From assembly GCA_050173015.1 (NCBI GenBank), contig JBFXLE010000010.1, positions 32,001-96,000 on the forward strand: DNA of 64,000 nt, read 5' to 3'. Under the pieces are notes generated by a model, which made no database searches, had not been told where the DNA came from, and saw only the letters and a list, made by a program, of their open reading frames with translations. Each line of letters opens with the position of its first letter. Within the stretch, counting starts at the first letter, position 1. Positions 50,519 through 60,484 of this stretch are shown piece by piece. This stretch comes from Calditrichaceae bacterium (GTDB lineage Bacteria > Calditrichota > Calditrichia > Calditrichales > JBFXGD01). The position numbers were made by a program, and so were the translations under genes.

Positions 50519-52651
50519 ATGAAAAAGTTTTTAATCCTTATTCTTCTGTTGAGCGGTTTTGTTTACAGTCAGACGGTTGATCCGTTTCTTCATCAATATC
50601 AGGCTCGGTTGGCAAAAAAGGCCGGTGCTGAGAAAATTAGTTTGATTGTCAGCGGCGATGATCATCTGACCGACTATTTACTTCAGAACGGTTTCAGATA
50701 TCAGACAAAGACCGGCAATATCGCGACGGTCACCATCCTCGCCTCAGACCTGCCAAAACTCATGAACGTAAAGGGGATACAAAAAATCACGCTTGGCCCT
50801 AAAAAGAAACCGATGAATGCCAGAGCGGTAGATTATCAGAATGTGGATGTTTCCTACAACGCGGGATACACGGGAGACGGCGTCATTGTGGGGGTGATTG
50901 ACACCGGTATCGATTTCTATCATCCGATGTTCAAAAAACAGGACGGCGCCACACGCCTGATGTATCTTTGGGATCAGACCGATGACTCCACTCAGGGAAC
51001 ACCTCCCGCGAATTATCAGATCGGCATTGAATACAGCGCGTCTCAGATTGATATGGATTTTATGTCGGGCAGCCCTTATTCCATTGTTAAACAGAAAGAC
51101 ACCGACGGGCACGGGACGCACGTGACGGGATCAGCCGCCGGTTTTAATTACACGATTTCACCGGATACGCTTCACGGCGGCGCCAGAGACGCCAACATTA
51201 TTTTTGTAAAAACCACGTTCTCATCAGCGGATATCATTGATGGGATCAGTTACATTTTTGATAAGGCGGAAGCCGCGGGCAAACCGTGTGTGATCAATCT
51301 CAGCCTGGGCAGTCAGTTCGGGCCCCATGACGGCAGCGACGATGAAGCGAAGGCTATCGACGCGCTCACCGGACCGGGAAAGGTGATTGTGCGGTCCGCC
51401 GGAAATAATGGCGGTGACTATGTGCACAGCTATAAAGAAAATGTTGTGGCAACCGACACTGTCAGGTTTGAATATGTTGATTACATGAATCTATGGATCG
51501 AGGCCGGTGACAACCTGCAGAGCGTTTCTCTCAAATACAGCGGCGGCTCCATTCTTAATGTCACTAAAAACAACGTAAAATCCGCAAACGGGATCGATGT
51601 TTATTTCTTCGCTGCAGATCCGAACAACAACCAGTTGTCCGTTTTTGTACTCATGGATAACGAGTCACTTGATGGTCAGACTTTTGACCTGATTTTGACC
51701 AGTTTAAGCGATGCCAATTCTTCCGGTACAATAAAAAGACACGCCTGGTCCGGTTCGGGGGCCATGTTGAATCCTTACGGCGGATTCTCACAGGGTACCA
51801 GTTACGGATCCTATCTGCACTATCCATATACCCTGGGAAATGAAGCCTGCGGCAAAAAAGTGGTTGCTGTCGGCGCGTTCAAATCACTTAAATCATGGCC
51901 CTCTGTCGATGGCAAGAACTATGAATTTCTGATATCCGGAGAAGAGGGCGGGATCGCTGATTTCAGCGCCATCGGGCCAACGGTTGACGGTAGGAATAAA
52001 CCCGACATCATCGCCGGAGGAACCATCATTCTCTCCGCCAGAAGTAATGACGCCTCGTATGATGATCCATTCTTACCACCGGCGCCCTATACCGATCATT
52101 ACGCCTATATGCAGGGTACCTCCATGTCGTCTCCCGTAGCCGCGGGAGCCATTGCCCTTTTACTGGAAAAAAATTCCTCCTGGAGTTACACGGAGGCGCT
52201 TGATTATCTTTCTCATCACGCGCAAGGCACTTCATCAACTTATTCAACGAGTGAGGTTATCGTTAAAAGCAATCCCAATGTATGGGACCGGGTATTTGGC
52301 TACGGAGCCATCGATTTGACCGATGCTTTCACACCAACGGCGATCACGGATGACGAGCCGTTTGTCGCGCGGGAATACAGCCTGGAACAGAATTATCCGA
52401 ATCCGTTTAATCCATCGACCACCATCGCGTTTGATCTGAAAAATGAAACCAATATTCAGTTAAAAATCTATGACGTTTTAGGAAAAGAAGTCAGGAGTCT
52501 GGCCGACGGGAAATTTACAGCCGGTAAACATCAGATATCCTGGGACGGAAAAAACAGCCACGGCAGTTTGTTGAGTTCGGGTGTTTATTTTTATGAGCTC
52601 AGCGCCGCGGACGGATTCAAAACCCGCCGAAAGATGATTTTGATGAAATAG
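50519..52651 (+). CDS. S8 (subtilase, CspA-like) serine peptidase with FlgD/T9SS-like tail
   Basis: Triad IDTGID / HGTHV / GTSMSSP, oxyanion SAGN, QNYPNPFNP tail. Confidence 0.93.
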   Translation: MKKFLILILLLSGFVYSQTVDPFLHQYQARLAKKAGAEKISLIVSGDDHLTDYLLQNGFRYQTKTGNIATVTILASDLPKLMNVKGIQKITLGPKKKPMNARAVDYQNVDVSYNAGYTGDGVIVGVIDTGIDFYHPMFKKQDGATRLMYLWDQTDDSTQGTPPANYQIGIEYSASQIDMDFMSGSPYSIVKQKDTDGHGTHVTGSAAGFNYTISPDTLHGGARDANIIFVKTTFSSADIIDGISYIFDKAEAAGKPCVINLSLGSQFGPHDGSDDEAKAIDALTGPGKVIVRSAGNNGGDYVHSYKENVVATDTVRFEYVDYMNLWIEAGDNLQSVSLKYSGGSILNVTKNNVKSANGIDVYFFAADPNNNQLSVFVLMDNESLDGQTFDLILTSLSDANSSGTIKRHAWSGSGAMLNPYGGFSQGTSYGSYLHYPYTLGNEACGKKVVAVGAFKSLKSWPSVDGKNYEFLISGEEGGIADFSAIGPTVDGRNKPDIIAGGTIILSARSNDASYDDPFLPPAPYTDHYAYMQGTSMSSPVAAGAIALLLEKNSSWSYTEALDYLSHHAQGTSSTYSTSEVIVKSNPNVWDRVFGYGAIDLTDAFTPTAITDDEPFVAREYSLEQNYPNPFNPSTTIAFDLKNETNIQLKIYDVLGKEVRSLADGKFTAGKHQISWDGKNSHGSLLSSGVYFYELSAADGFKTRRKMILMK

Positions 52652-52664
52652 TTACGATGATCAT

Positions 52665-52706
52665 GCTATGATTGGGAACCCGATTTCCCGATCATAGCTT
52701 TTTTTT
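52665..52706 (+). terminator. Intrinsic terminator
   Basis: GCTATGATTGGGAA/TTCCCGATCATAGC stem plus T8. Confidence 0.8.
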
Positions 52707-53111
52707 GATCTGATTTCCCCGCCCAAAAAATCAACCGGCTTCCATCAAAGAAAATTGTAAAAATCTAAAGCCGGGATCAATCTGAAAATCTTCATTGACA
52801 ATCATGTGCAATTTATTACCGATTGCGTTGGAATGTAATAATGAACCTTAAAATTGTCGAGGGTAACCCTTAGCGGAGAAAAGTAGGCAACCCGATTAAC
52901 CTTATATTCATAGTTTTTAACCTGAGTAGCAAAATAACTCCACACCATTCATTTACGTTTCGGAATTGATGGTTGCCAGGCAATAGCACCGTACACATAA
53001 TGGGTGTATCGTTTGTCAGACTAATTCCAAAGTCAATAAAGTAATAAGGTTTTGTGTTTTTGCTGATTTTATGCCACTAAGGTCAACAAGCAAAAATAAG
53101 GTCTATGAGTT

Positions 53112-53451
53112 TTGCATATCCGCGTGACAGATGAAATGGGTTATCTGCCTTTAGACCGTAATGTCACCAATCTCTTTTTTCAGTTGGAATCCCTCGTTAC
53201 GAAAGGATCTATTATCCACACCGGCAATAAAAGTTACCTGGATTGGGGAATGCTGTTTCCGGACGAAGGGATTGTTGCGGCTATTTTAGATCAATTGTTT
53301 CATTATTCCAAAACGGTAAAAATCACCGGTCAATCATACCGCCTGGCGATGAAAAAGAAGGTGGGACTTTTTGAAAATAAGTAAAAATTTTTAACCAAAA
53401 GCGGGGAGTTTTAAATTCCGTTTTTTGGGGAAATGTAAATTCCTCTTGACA
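53112..53451 (+). pseudogene. istB: IS21-family remnant: 3' fragment of istB plus right end
   Basis: DEMGYLPL...LFFQL...GNKSYLDWG...AAILDQLFH...ITGQSYRL; terminus has repeated GGGGA..TAAATTCC boxes and ends in TTGACA at 53451. Confidence 0.85.
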
Positions 53452-53490
53452 AGGGATGAAATCTATGTAGAAAAACAGACACCACACCAT

Positions 53491-53709
53491 TCCGCGGCCC
53501 CATAGGGGTCGAACAATTACAGCCAAATCCCCATTTATACAAAGATGTGACGCCTCGGGCGTCAGGTGTTTATCATATAACCAATATTTATACATCAACC
53601 CCGGGATTTAAACGCAACCGTCATTCCCAATCCCGGATGGATGAAATTTTTGTAGAATGATTAACACCAGACGAGTCCGCGACCCCGCAGGGGTCGTACA
53701 ATTACCGCC
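53491..53709. repeat. REP-like hairpin pair
   Basis: TCCGCGGCCCCATAGGGGTCGAACAATTAC (53491) and TCCGCGACCCCGCAGGGGTCGTACAATTAC (53676), with a TGACGCCTCGGGCGTCA hairpin between them. Confidence 0.6.
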
Positions 53710-53733
53710 TGACAGTTTGTACTCAACTCATGT

Positions 53734-54105
53734 TCAGACGTGCTGATCAATCAAAATCGGGTTTCCATCAGGATCCGTTACCATGAAGCTCGCGGGTCCT
53801 TTGCCACTCTCATCGGATTCATTCTCAATACGCAAACCTTGCCTTTTGAGCTCCCGCTGAAGGTCGCGTACGTCTGTGAATGAATCAAGCGTATTAGCGT
53901 TTTGGTCCCAACCAGGATTGAAAGTCAAAATATTTTTTTCAAACATGCCCTGAAATAAACCAATAATGTGATCTTCATTCTTCATTATCAGCCAATTTTG
54001 CGCCGCGTCTCCACCGAAAACATGGAATCCTAATTTCATGTAAAAGGACTTTGAAGTTTCGAGATCTTTGACATTTAGACTTACAGAAAATGCGCCTAAT
54101 TTCAT
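53734..54105 (-). CDS. VOC/glyoxalase family protein
   Basis: [21 protein letters not shown]...[12 protein letters not shown]. Confidence 0.9.
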   Translation of the reverse strand: MKLGAFSVSLNVKDLETSKSFYMKLGFHVFGGDAAQNWLIMKNEDHIIGLFQGMFEKNILTFNPGWDQNANTLDSFTDVRDLQRELKRQGLRIENESDESGKGPASFMVTDPDGNPILIDQHV

Positions 54106-54198
54106 ACGACTCTCCAGTTATTTTATGATTTTTGGGTCCGAGGAATATAAACGACGATTACAAATTAATAATTTCATTGCTGCACTATCCGGGCCAAT

Positions 54199-54331
54199 AT
54201 CTAACGGATGGCGAATAATGGGCGCCAAACCACGCGCCCGGCGACTTGATTTTTGCATAACCCATTCACGGTTTACTAAAAAAACACTCAACCGGTTTGC
54301 GTTTGGACTCCGGTTGACGCGCCGGTTATAC
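54199..54331 (-). other. Degenerate attC-like site
   Basis: GTATAAC just after the LysE stop ... GTTAGAT, with partial internal complementarity. Confidence 0.35.
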
Positions 54332-54340
54332 GGAATTTTC

Positions 54341-54961
54341 TTAACCATGCACTAAAATGCTTATTCCAACCCATAATTGATATATTCCAAAACCGAACAA
54401 TACAATCGATGACAGTCCAACCAGGGTCCTGCTCACTTTTGAACCAAATTTTTGAGCGAATCCAAACAGAATAATTATTCCCGCTAAAGTCAATATCATC
54501 GTGAAATAAAAACCAAAAATCAAGGCCAGCCCATTTATGGGAGCCCCATTCCATCCTTCAAGAAAAAGCGGTCCCATAATTAAACTCCATCCTAAATACG
54601 GAGCCGGATTTAATAGATTTACAAATATCGCGTTAAATAGGGTTTGCTTTGCCGATTCATTCGTGATCGCATGGCTTACATCGAATACTTTCCAGGATTT
54701 AAAAGCCATAAATCCGAGATAAAAAAGGAATAACCCGCCGCCAATTCTTAACAGGATTATAAAACTTTCCGGCATCGTGCTGAGCAAGTATAAGACCACT
54801 ATAAGAATTGGAATATCGCTGATTAAAGGCGCAAACGCGGTAGGTAAGGTTGAACGCCATCCATTTTTGAGAGTTTGAGATATTATATATGTTAGAAGAG
54901 GGCCCGGCTGAACTGCCGCCGCGAACGCGTAGGTTATTCCAAAGATTAAATAACTTATCAT
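54341..54961 (-). CDS. LysE family translocator
   Basis: AAVQPGPL, GGGLFLFYLG, NLLNPAPYLGW; 6 TM segments. Confidence 0.88.
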   Translation of the reverse strand: MISYLIFGITYAFAAAVQPGPLLTYIISQTLKNGWRSTLPTAFAPLISDIPILIVVLYLLSTMPESFIILLRIGGGLFLFYLGFMAFKSWKVFDVSHAITNESAKQTLFNAIFVNLLNPAPYLGWSLIMGPLFLEGWNGAPINGLALIFGFYFTMILTLAGIIILFGFAQKFGSKVSRTLVGLSSIVLFGFGIYQLWVGISILVHG

Positions 54962-55072
54962 TTTAACTTAAATATTCCGGTATTTTCATAGCATGGGCCC
55001 TAATAACATAATATTACCCCGCGACTAAAGGTACCGTTCAAGGCAGATACCGACTAGAATGACCGTGATTTA

Positions 55073-55825
55073 TTATAGTTTATTTTTATGAATCAATGAT
55101 ATTTCTTCATAAGAAATTGAACCGGCAAAAATTTCATACCCTTTTTCATTTAATTTTTTTATTATTTCTTTGGATTTATAATTATTTAAATCAAAGAGCC
55201 TGTCATGAAACTCAACGAGTATTTGATCAATGGTGACTGTAGAATCCAGTATTTTTTCCAGCACGGTGTATTCGGAACCTTCAATATCCATTTTTAGAAC
55301 ATCGATATGCTGATGCCCTAATTCACCGGTAATTTCATCAAACAATTTCATTTTAACTTTTATCGAATTCTTTGGATTTACACCATTTATTTTAATTAGA
55401 CTGCCGGATATCCCTTTGGGATTGGCGGGTAAGTAGAAATCCACAAGGCCCGATTTTAAATCACTTATACCCCAATCAAAAAAAGTGAACAAATCAGACA
55501 GTTTTTTGTTTTTGATATAGTTTATTGATAGTGGGGTTGGATCAAACGCAAAAATCTTACAGTTGTGCTTTTTTATACAGGTCAGGTCAAATGAGATATC
55601 TTTTCCAATTCCAAATGAATAGATAATAGAATCAGATGAAAGCAATTTAGGATTGACATAGAAACCTCCATAGCTGCTCCCATACCATTCATAATCACAA
55701 TTTACCGTGTTCACTAAATGGGCTACTTTTTTCTTATCTATTTGCTCAGAGAGAAGTTTTTTTCTTTTTTTAGACGCGTAATTTAATCTGGCTGAATTGA
55801 TTATATTTTTAATTTTTTCTATCAT
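55073..55825 (-). CDS. FkbM family methyltransferase
   Basis: YSFGIGKDISFD, FAFDPTP, IDVLKMDIEGSEY, QILVEFH. Confidence 0.88.
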   Translation of the reverse strand: MIEKIKNIINSARLNYASKKRKKLLSEQIDKKKVAHLVNTVNCDYEWYGSSYGGFYVNPKLLSSDSIIYSFGIGKDISFDLTCIKKHNCKIFAFDPTPLSINYIKNKKLSDLFTFFDWGISDLKSGLVDFYLPANPKGISGSLIKINGVNPKNSIKVKMKLFDEITGELGHQHIDVLKMDIEGSEYTVLEKILDSTVTIDQILVEFHDRLFDLNNYKSKEIIKKLNEKGYEIFAGSISYEEISLIHKNKL

Positions 55826-55846
55826 ATAAATAAATTTACTATTGGT

Positions 55847-56758
55847 TTAATCAAATACATTGTATTTTCTCTTAACATATTTTGCGCCCCAAAATGAAGT
55901 AAGATAATATGCCAAAGTTTTTAAATTTAGCTGAGACCGCAGGAAAAAAAATCTCGCTGTCTGCATATTATTCATCAGGTAATAATAACGCGCTATTGTT
56001 CCATGAATTTTTTTATACGAAGTTTTTACTTCTTTAGGATAAACATTCATAAAGCCTTCAATAAACATAAGTGAGAAATAAAAATCTTTTCTGCGATAAT
56101 CTTCATTCAGAGATAAATTAGTATCCGTCACATATCGATTATATAATGAATCACATATCTCAATGGATGCTTTTTCATGAAACAGTCTCAAAATCCAATC
56201 GAAATCAACTATCCCAAAAACTTCTTCAAAAAGAATATCTTTCAGTTCTTTCCTATATATGATACCGCTTAAATACGTGTTTTGACCGGCTAATGATTTC
56301 GTTAATCTGTTTAAAAAGGTTGTGTTTGATTCAAAATATAAAAAATCAACTTTCGATTTGTTTATTTTATCGATTTTTCTATTCTCTTTTTCATTGATGA
56401 CAGAATGCCCGGATGTGACGATAGGAACTTTCTCTAAATAGGGTAATTGTGAAAGTAATCTGTTTTCTTTCCATTCATCATCGTGATCAACGATACAGAT
56501 ATAGTCTCCGGAAGATTTTTTTATACCCATGTTTCGTCCTTTATTAGGGCCGCCGGAGTTTTTATCATTAGTTAATAAAAGTAGATCATAATTTTTAACT
56601 ATCTCAACCGTTTTATCGGTCGAGCAATCATCAACTACAATCAATTCGATATCAAATTCTTTTCGAAGACCTTTTTGATTTAAAATAGAATCCAGGGTTC
56701 TTTGAATGGTTTTTTCCGAATTGTATGTTGTAATTATTACAGAAACTAATTTTTTCAT
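55847..56758 (-). CDS. Glycosyltransferase family 2
   Basis: VSVIITTYN, VVDDCSTD, NSGGPNKGRNMG, VDHDD. Confidence 0.92.
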   Translation of the reverse strand: MKKLVSVIITTYNSEKTIQRTLDSILNQKGLRKEFDIELIVVDDCSTDKTVEIVKNYDLLLLTNDKNSGGPNKGRNMGIKKSSGDYICIVDHDDEWKENRLLSQLPYLEKVPIVTSGHSVINEKENRKIDKINKSKVDFLYFESNTTFLNRLTKSLAGQNTYLSGIIYRKELKDILFEEVFGIVDFDWILRLFHEKASIEICDSLYNRYVTDTNLSLNEDYRRKDFYFSLMFIEGFMNVYPKEVKTSYKKIHGTIARYYYLMNNMQTARFFFLRSQLNLKTLAYYLTSFWGAKYVKRKYNVFD

Positions 56759-57163
56759 CTTGTTTTTATCATACTTTATTAGCTGGATGCATTCAACGGG
56801 TTAAACTGACTATACTATTTATTTTATTTTAATAAAAATCATCAATGGAATTCTATATTGTTTGCAGTACCTTTTTCGATATTTATATATAAATCTCTCT
56901 AAATTTCGAATCGGATTCTCCAAATACCATTGAATATATCTCAATTCCGTTTCTTGTTCAAGCAGTGAGTAAAACCCATGTCTTAGCTGACGCTATTTTT
57001 CAATTTTCCGGTCACCAATGTTCATGGTGTTTTATTATAAGCTGCAGTTTCTTCATTGTCTGAACTATGACCTGTCCGACTGTTATTTACTCTTTTTCTT
57101 TTTTCGTTTATCTTTTTTCTTAAGCTTCTCACGTCCTGCTTAGGCACGAACATCGTGCTCCTG

Positions 57164-58520
57164 CTCTTAACTCTTACACTCTATTCTCTTAACGCTCTTT
57201 AATTCTCACTTCCTACTTTTCTTCTTCTTCCTACTTCTTACTTATATTCTTCCCGAGAAAGCAGAAGATCCTTCCAGGATGACTTTTCGGGAAGGCTGGA
57301 TAAGGCATCTACTCTTAACTCTTACACTCTTTTCTCTTAACGCTCTTTAATTCTCACTTCCTACTTCTTACTTCTTACTTTTCTTCTTCTTCCTACTTCT
57401 GACTTTTATTCTTCCCGAGTAAGCAGAAGATCCTTCCAGGATGACATTTCGGGAAGGCTGGATAAGGCATCTACTCTTAACTCTTACACTCTATTCTCTT
57501 AACGCTCTTTAATTCTCACTTCCTACTTCTCACTTCCTACTTTTCTTCTTCTCCCTACTTTTTGAATGGCCAAAAAGTAGCAAAAAGCCCTGGCGAATTT
57601 TAACTCGTTTAAATTTTTCCGTTTTTCTCATTCATCCACTCAGACAGAAAATTCGCCCCGAAGAATCATTTTTTCTACATCCTTCCAAGGTAGCCAAAGA
57701 TGCCTTCGGCATGACATTTCGGGAAGGCTGGATAAGGCATCTACTCTTAACTCTTACACTCTTTTCTCTTAACGCTCTTTAATTCTCACTTCCTACTTCC
57801 TACTTCTTACTTTTCTTCTTCTTCCTACTTTTTGAATGGCCAAAAAGTAGCAAAAAGCCCTGGCGAATTTTAACTCGTGTAAAAATTAACCGTTTTTCAA
57901 TTTACTCCACTCAGACAGAAAATTCGCCTCGAAGAATCTTTTTTTCTACATCCTTCCAAGGTAGCCAAAGATGCCTTCGGCATGACATACGGATAGATTA
58001 ACCGGTTTCACCGCGGTTGACTATGACATCGCCTGCCCGGATTCAGACACCCCCACTCTTAACTCTTTTCTCTTAACGCTCTTTAATTCTCACTTCCTAC
58101 TTCTTACTTCTTACTTTTCTTCTTCCTACTTCTAACTTTTATTTTTCCCGAGTAAGCAGAAGATCCTTCCAGGATGACATTTCGGGAAGGCTGGATAAGG
58201 CCCCTACTCTTAACTCTTACACTCTTTTCTCTTAACGCTCTTTAATTCTCACTTCCTACTTCCTACTTCTTACTTTTCTTCCTCCCTACTTTTTGAATGG
58301 CCAAAAAGTAGCAAAAAGCCCTGGCGAATTTTAACTCGTGTAAAATTTAACCGTTTTTCAATTTACTCCACTCAGACAGAAAATTCGCCCCGAAGAATCA
58401 TTTTTTCTACATCCTTCCAAGGTAGCCAAAGATGCCTTCGGCATGACATTTCGGGAAGGCTGGATAAGGCCCCTACTCTTAACTCTTACACTCATTTCTC
58501 TTAACGCTCTTTACTTTTCA
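57164..58520. repeat. Modular non-coding repeat array P-A-P-A-P-B-P-B-x-P-A-P-B-P
   Basis: 7 pyrimidine-rich P modules (57164, 57312, 57474, 57744, 58056, 58207, 58476), 3 A modules (57250, 57412, 58145), 3 B modules (57555, 57825, 58286). Confidence 0.9.
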
Positions 58521-58523
58521 TTC

Positions 58524-59372
58524 TTATACTTCAATAAATCTCATAAATAGAAATATCAACAGGCCAAGGGTTGCTCCCAGATATATCCGGCGGATATATT
58601 TTCTTCCCTCTTCATTGGTGGATTTCACCAATCGCATAGAGGGATAAGCAATCGCGATATCCATTATTAAAATTGGTATCAAATAAACCATTGGAAACCA
58701 AGCCAATATAAATGGAACCATGGTTAGAAAAACAACAAAAAAGAAAATGGAGCTGCTTATTTGTAGCGCTGTTTGTTTTCCATATTTAATCGCCAGCGAA
58801 TTTGAATCAATCAGAAGATCTCCCTGCATATCCATAGAATCGGCTGCGATTTCTTCTCCTAAATCTATTAAGGCGGCGATGACGCCAAAAAACCAGACCA
58901 TTTTATTAAAGGGTAAACCAACGGATACACCACCAAAAATAAATGTCATCCCCACAGAAAAACTTACCATTAAATTTCCCGGTAACCCGCTTTTTTTAAA
59001 TTTTCGGTTATAAAGAAATCCAATAATTGACAGTATAATTATACAAATTAACGCTGTTAAACCAAGCAAATATCCAAGAATTATGCCGAGCGATAAAAGA
59101 ATTATAGATAGTAATAGCGCTTCCTTCAGGGTAACAAGGCCTGAAGGTATGGGCCGGCCGGGTGAATTTATTTTATCCGTTTCAACATCGAAATAGTCAT
59201 TTAATACCAGTATGGAGGCGGAAATAAAAAAGACCGCAAAAAAGGCGAATATTGTTTCAGAAGGGGATGCAAATCTTCCCAGGGCCAGCAACTGCCCCAT
59301 AACAACACAGACACCTGCGGAAAATGGAAGTTCAAAACGCATTAAACCGAATAGCCCTTTAATATTCTTCAT
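58524..59372 (-). CDS. UbiA family prenyltransferase (DGGGP-synthase-like)
   Basis: LNDYFDVETDKINSPGRPIPSG and EEIAADSMDMQGD Asp-rich motifs; multiple TM segments. Confidence 0.85.
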   Translation of the reverse strand: MKNIKGLFGLMRFELPFSAGVCVVMGQLLALGRFASPSETIFAFFAVFFISASILVLNDYFDVETDKINSPGRPIPSGLVTLKEALLLSIILLSLGIILGYLLGLTALICIIILSIIGFLYNRKFKKSGLPGNLMVSFSVGMTFIFGGVSVGLPFNKMVWFFGVIAALIDLGEEIAADSMDMQGDLLIDSNSLAIKYGKQTALQISSSIFFFVVFLTMVPFILAWFPMVYLIPILIMDIAIAYPSMRLVKSTNEEGRKYIRRIYLGATLGLLIFLFMRFIEV

Positions 59373-59790
59373 AACCCTTCCACAAATTTGTTTGCAATGG
59401 TTTTTGTATGTGAGGCGGAATTTAGAATTCCCCGCTTGCTAAAGAAAGATTAAATTTCCTCCGTACCTGATCAATAACAGCAATATAGATGATTTAGGAT
59501 AAGCCGGAGGAATATATGGAAATTTTTAAGCTAAAGGAACAGGTTTTGATAATTTTCCTTATCAGCGGAAAAGATTCACCGGATCGCGAAAGTTGGACCA
59601 ACACAGAGAACACCGAAAACAATGCCGGCGCCGAAAAAGCAGCATCGGAAAATATGATGTACATTACACCACTCCGGGTTTCCCCGAAGAACATATATCG
59701 CCCCTGTCAAAAAGAAATTCCGGGAAGAGAGGGTATCATTTTCCCGGAAAGTTTTAACCAAATACACCGATAGGAATTGACAGACCTATT

Positions 59791-60017
59791 CCGGAGGGGA
59801 GCCTGAAACCGCGGAGGGAAGGGTCACATTCCGGAGGGAAGGTTCAAACTTCGGAGGGAAAGGGTACAATACCGGAGGGGAGCGGTCAAACTTCGGAGGG
59901 AAGGCGAAAAACTCTGGAGGGGAGGGGTATATTCCCGGAGGGAAGGGTAAAACTGTGGAGGGGACGCCTAAAATACCGGAGGGGAAGGTCAAAACAGGAA
60001 GGGAAGGGTAAAAATCG
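59791..60017 (+). repeat. Eleven degenerate 20-21-bp tandem repeats with a GGAGGG core
   Basis: For example CCGGAGGGAAGGTTCAAACT, TCGGAGGGAAAGGGTACAATA, CCGGAGGGGAGCGGTCAAACT. Confidence 0.85.
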
Positions 60018-60040
60018 ATGCGCCGGGGGAAAATAATCAT

Positions 60041-60260
60041 AGCCCCGATCTTTAGATCGGGGATAAGGAGAAACCAAATAATGATGGGCTTCAGCTCAAA
60101 TTTGGCTAAATCCATTTATATACGGAAATAAAATAATCCACGAGCTGAAGCTCGTGGCAATGAGATTAAATTCCTGATCATTGCCACTATCTTTAGATAA
60201 TGGACCGGAAGCCCGGGATGGCTGGAGTATTTTGGATTCCACGGGCTAAAACTCACGGCA
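60041..60260. repeat. Cluster of REP-like palindromes
   Basis: CCCCGATCTTTAGATCGGGG; CCACGAGCTGAAGCTCGTGGCAATG...CATTGCCACTATCTTTAGATAATGG; CCACGGGCTAAAACTCACGGCA. Confidence 0.65.
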
Positions 60261-60484
60261 CAGGATCGCGTGGGGTCTGTTTTTCTACAATGATCATCCC
60301 TTTGGAATTGGGAAACGGATTGATGCGTTTTGTTAACTACCTGGTTATCATAAACCTCTTGAAATTTTCATGCCGGTTGTTTATAATGGTAACGATTCTT
60401 GTATAGGATATTATTTTTTTTAACATTAGAGTAAAACGATAATTAACAGGGACGTCTAATCAATATGTTAGTGGCTTCAATTTT

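Noticed and set aside
54068-54554. ORFs 54068-54355, 54118-54348 and 54288-54554
   Set aside because: They span the attC-like palindrome or overlap LysE, and show no family motifs
55001-55028. dif-like site (TTATGTTATTA on the minus strand)
   Set aside because: Only a partial XerD arm; no recognisable XerC arm
57164-58520. CRISPR array or protein-coding repeat
   Set aside because: Modules are 60-190 bp and recur as near-identical copies with no unique spacers; no ORF of 60 aa or more on either strand
59494-60406. Short ORFs, including the Pro-rich 59786-60115
   Set aside because: Overlapping, mutually exclusive frames with no recognisable motifs; the Pro-richness is the antisense reading of the GGAGGG repeat
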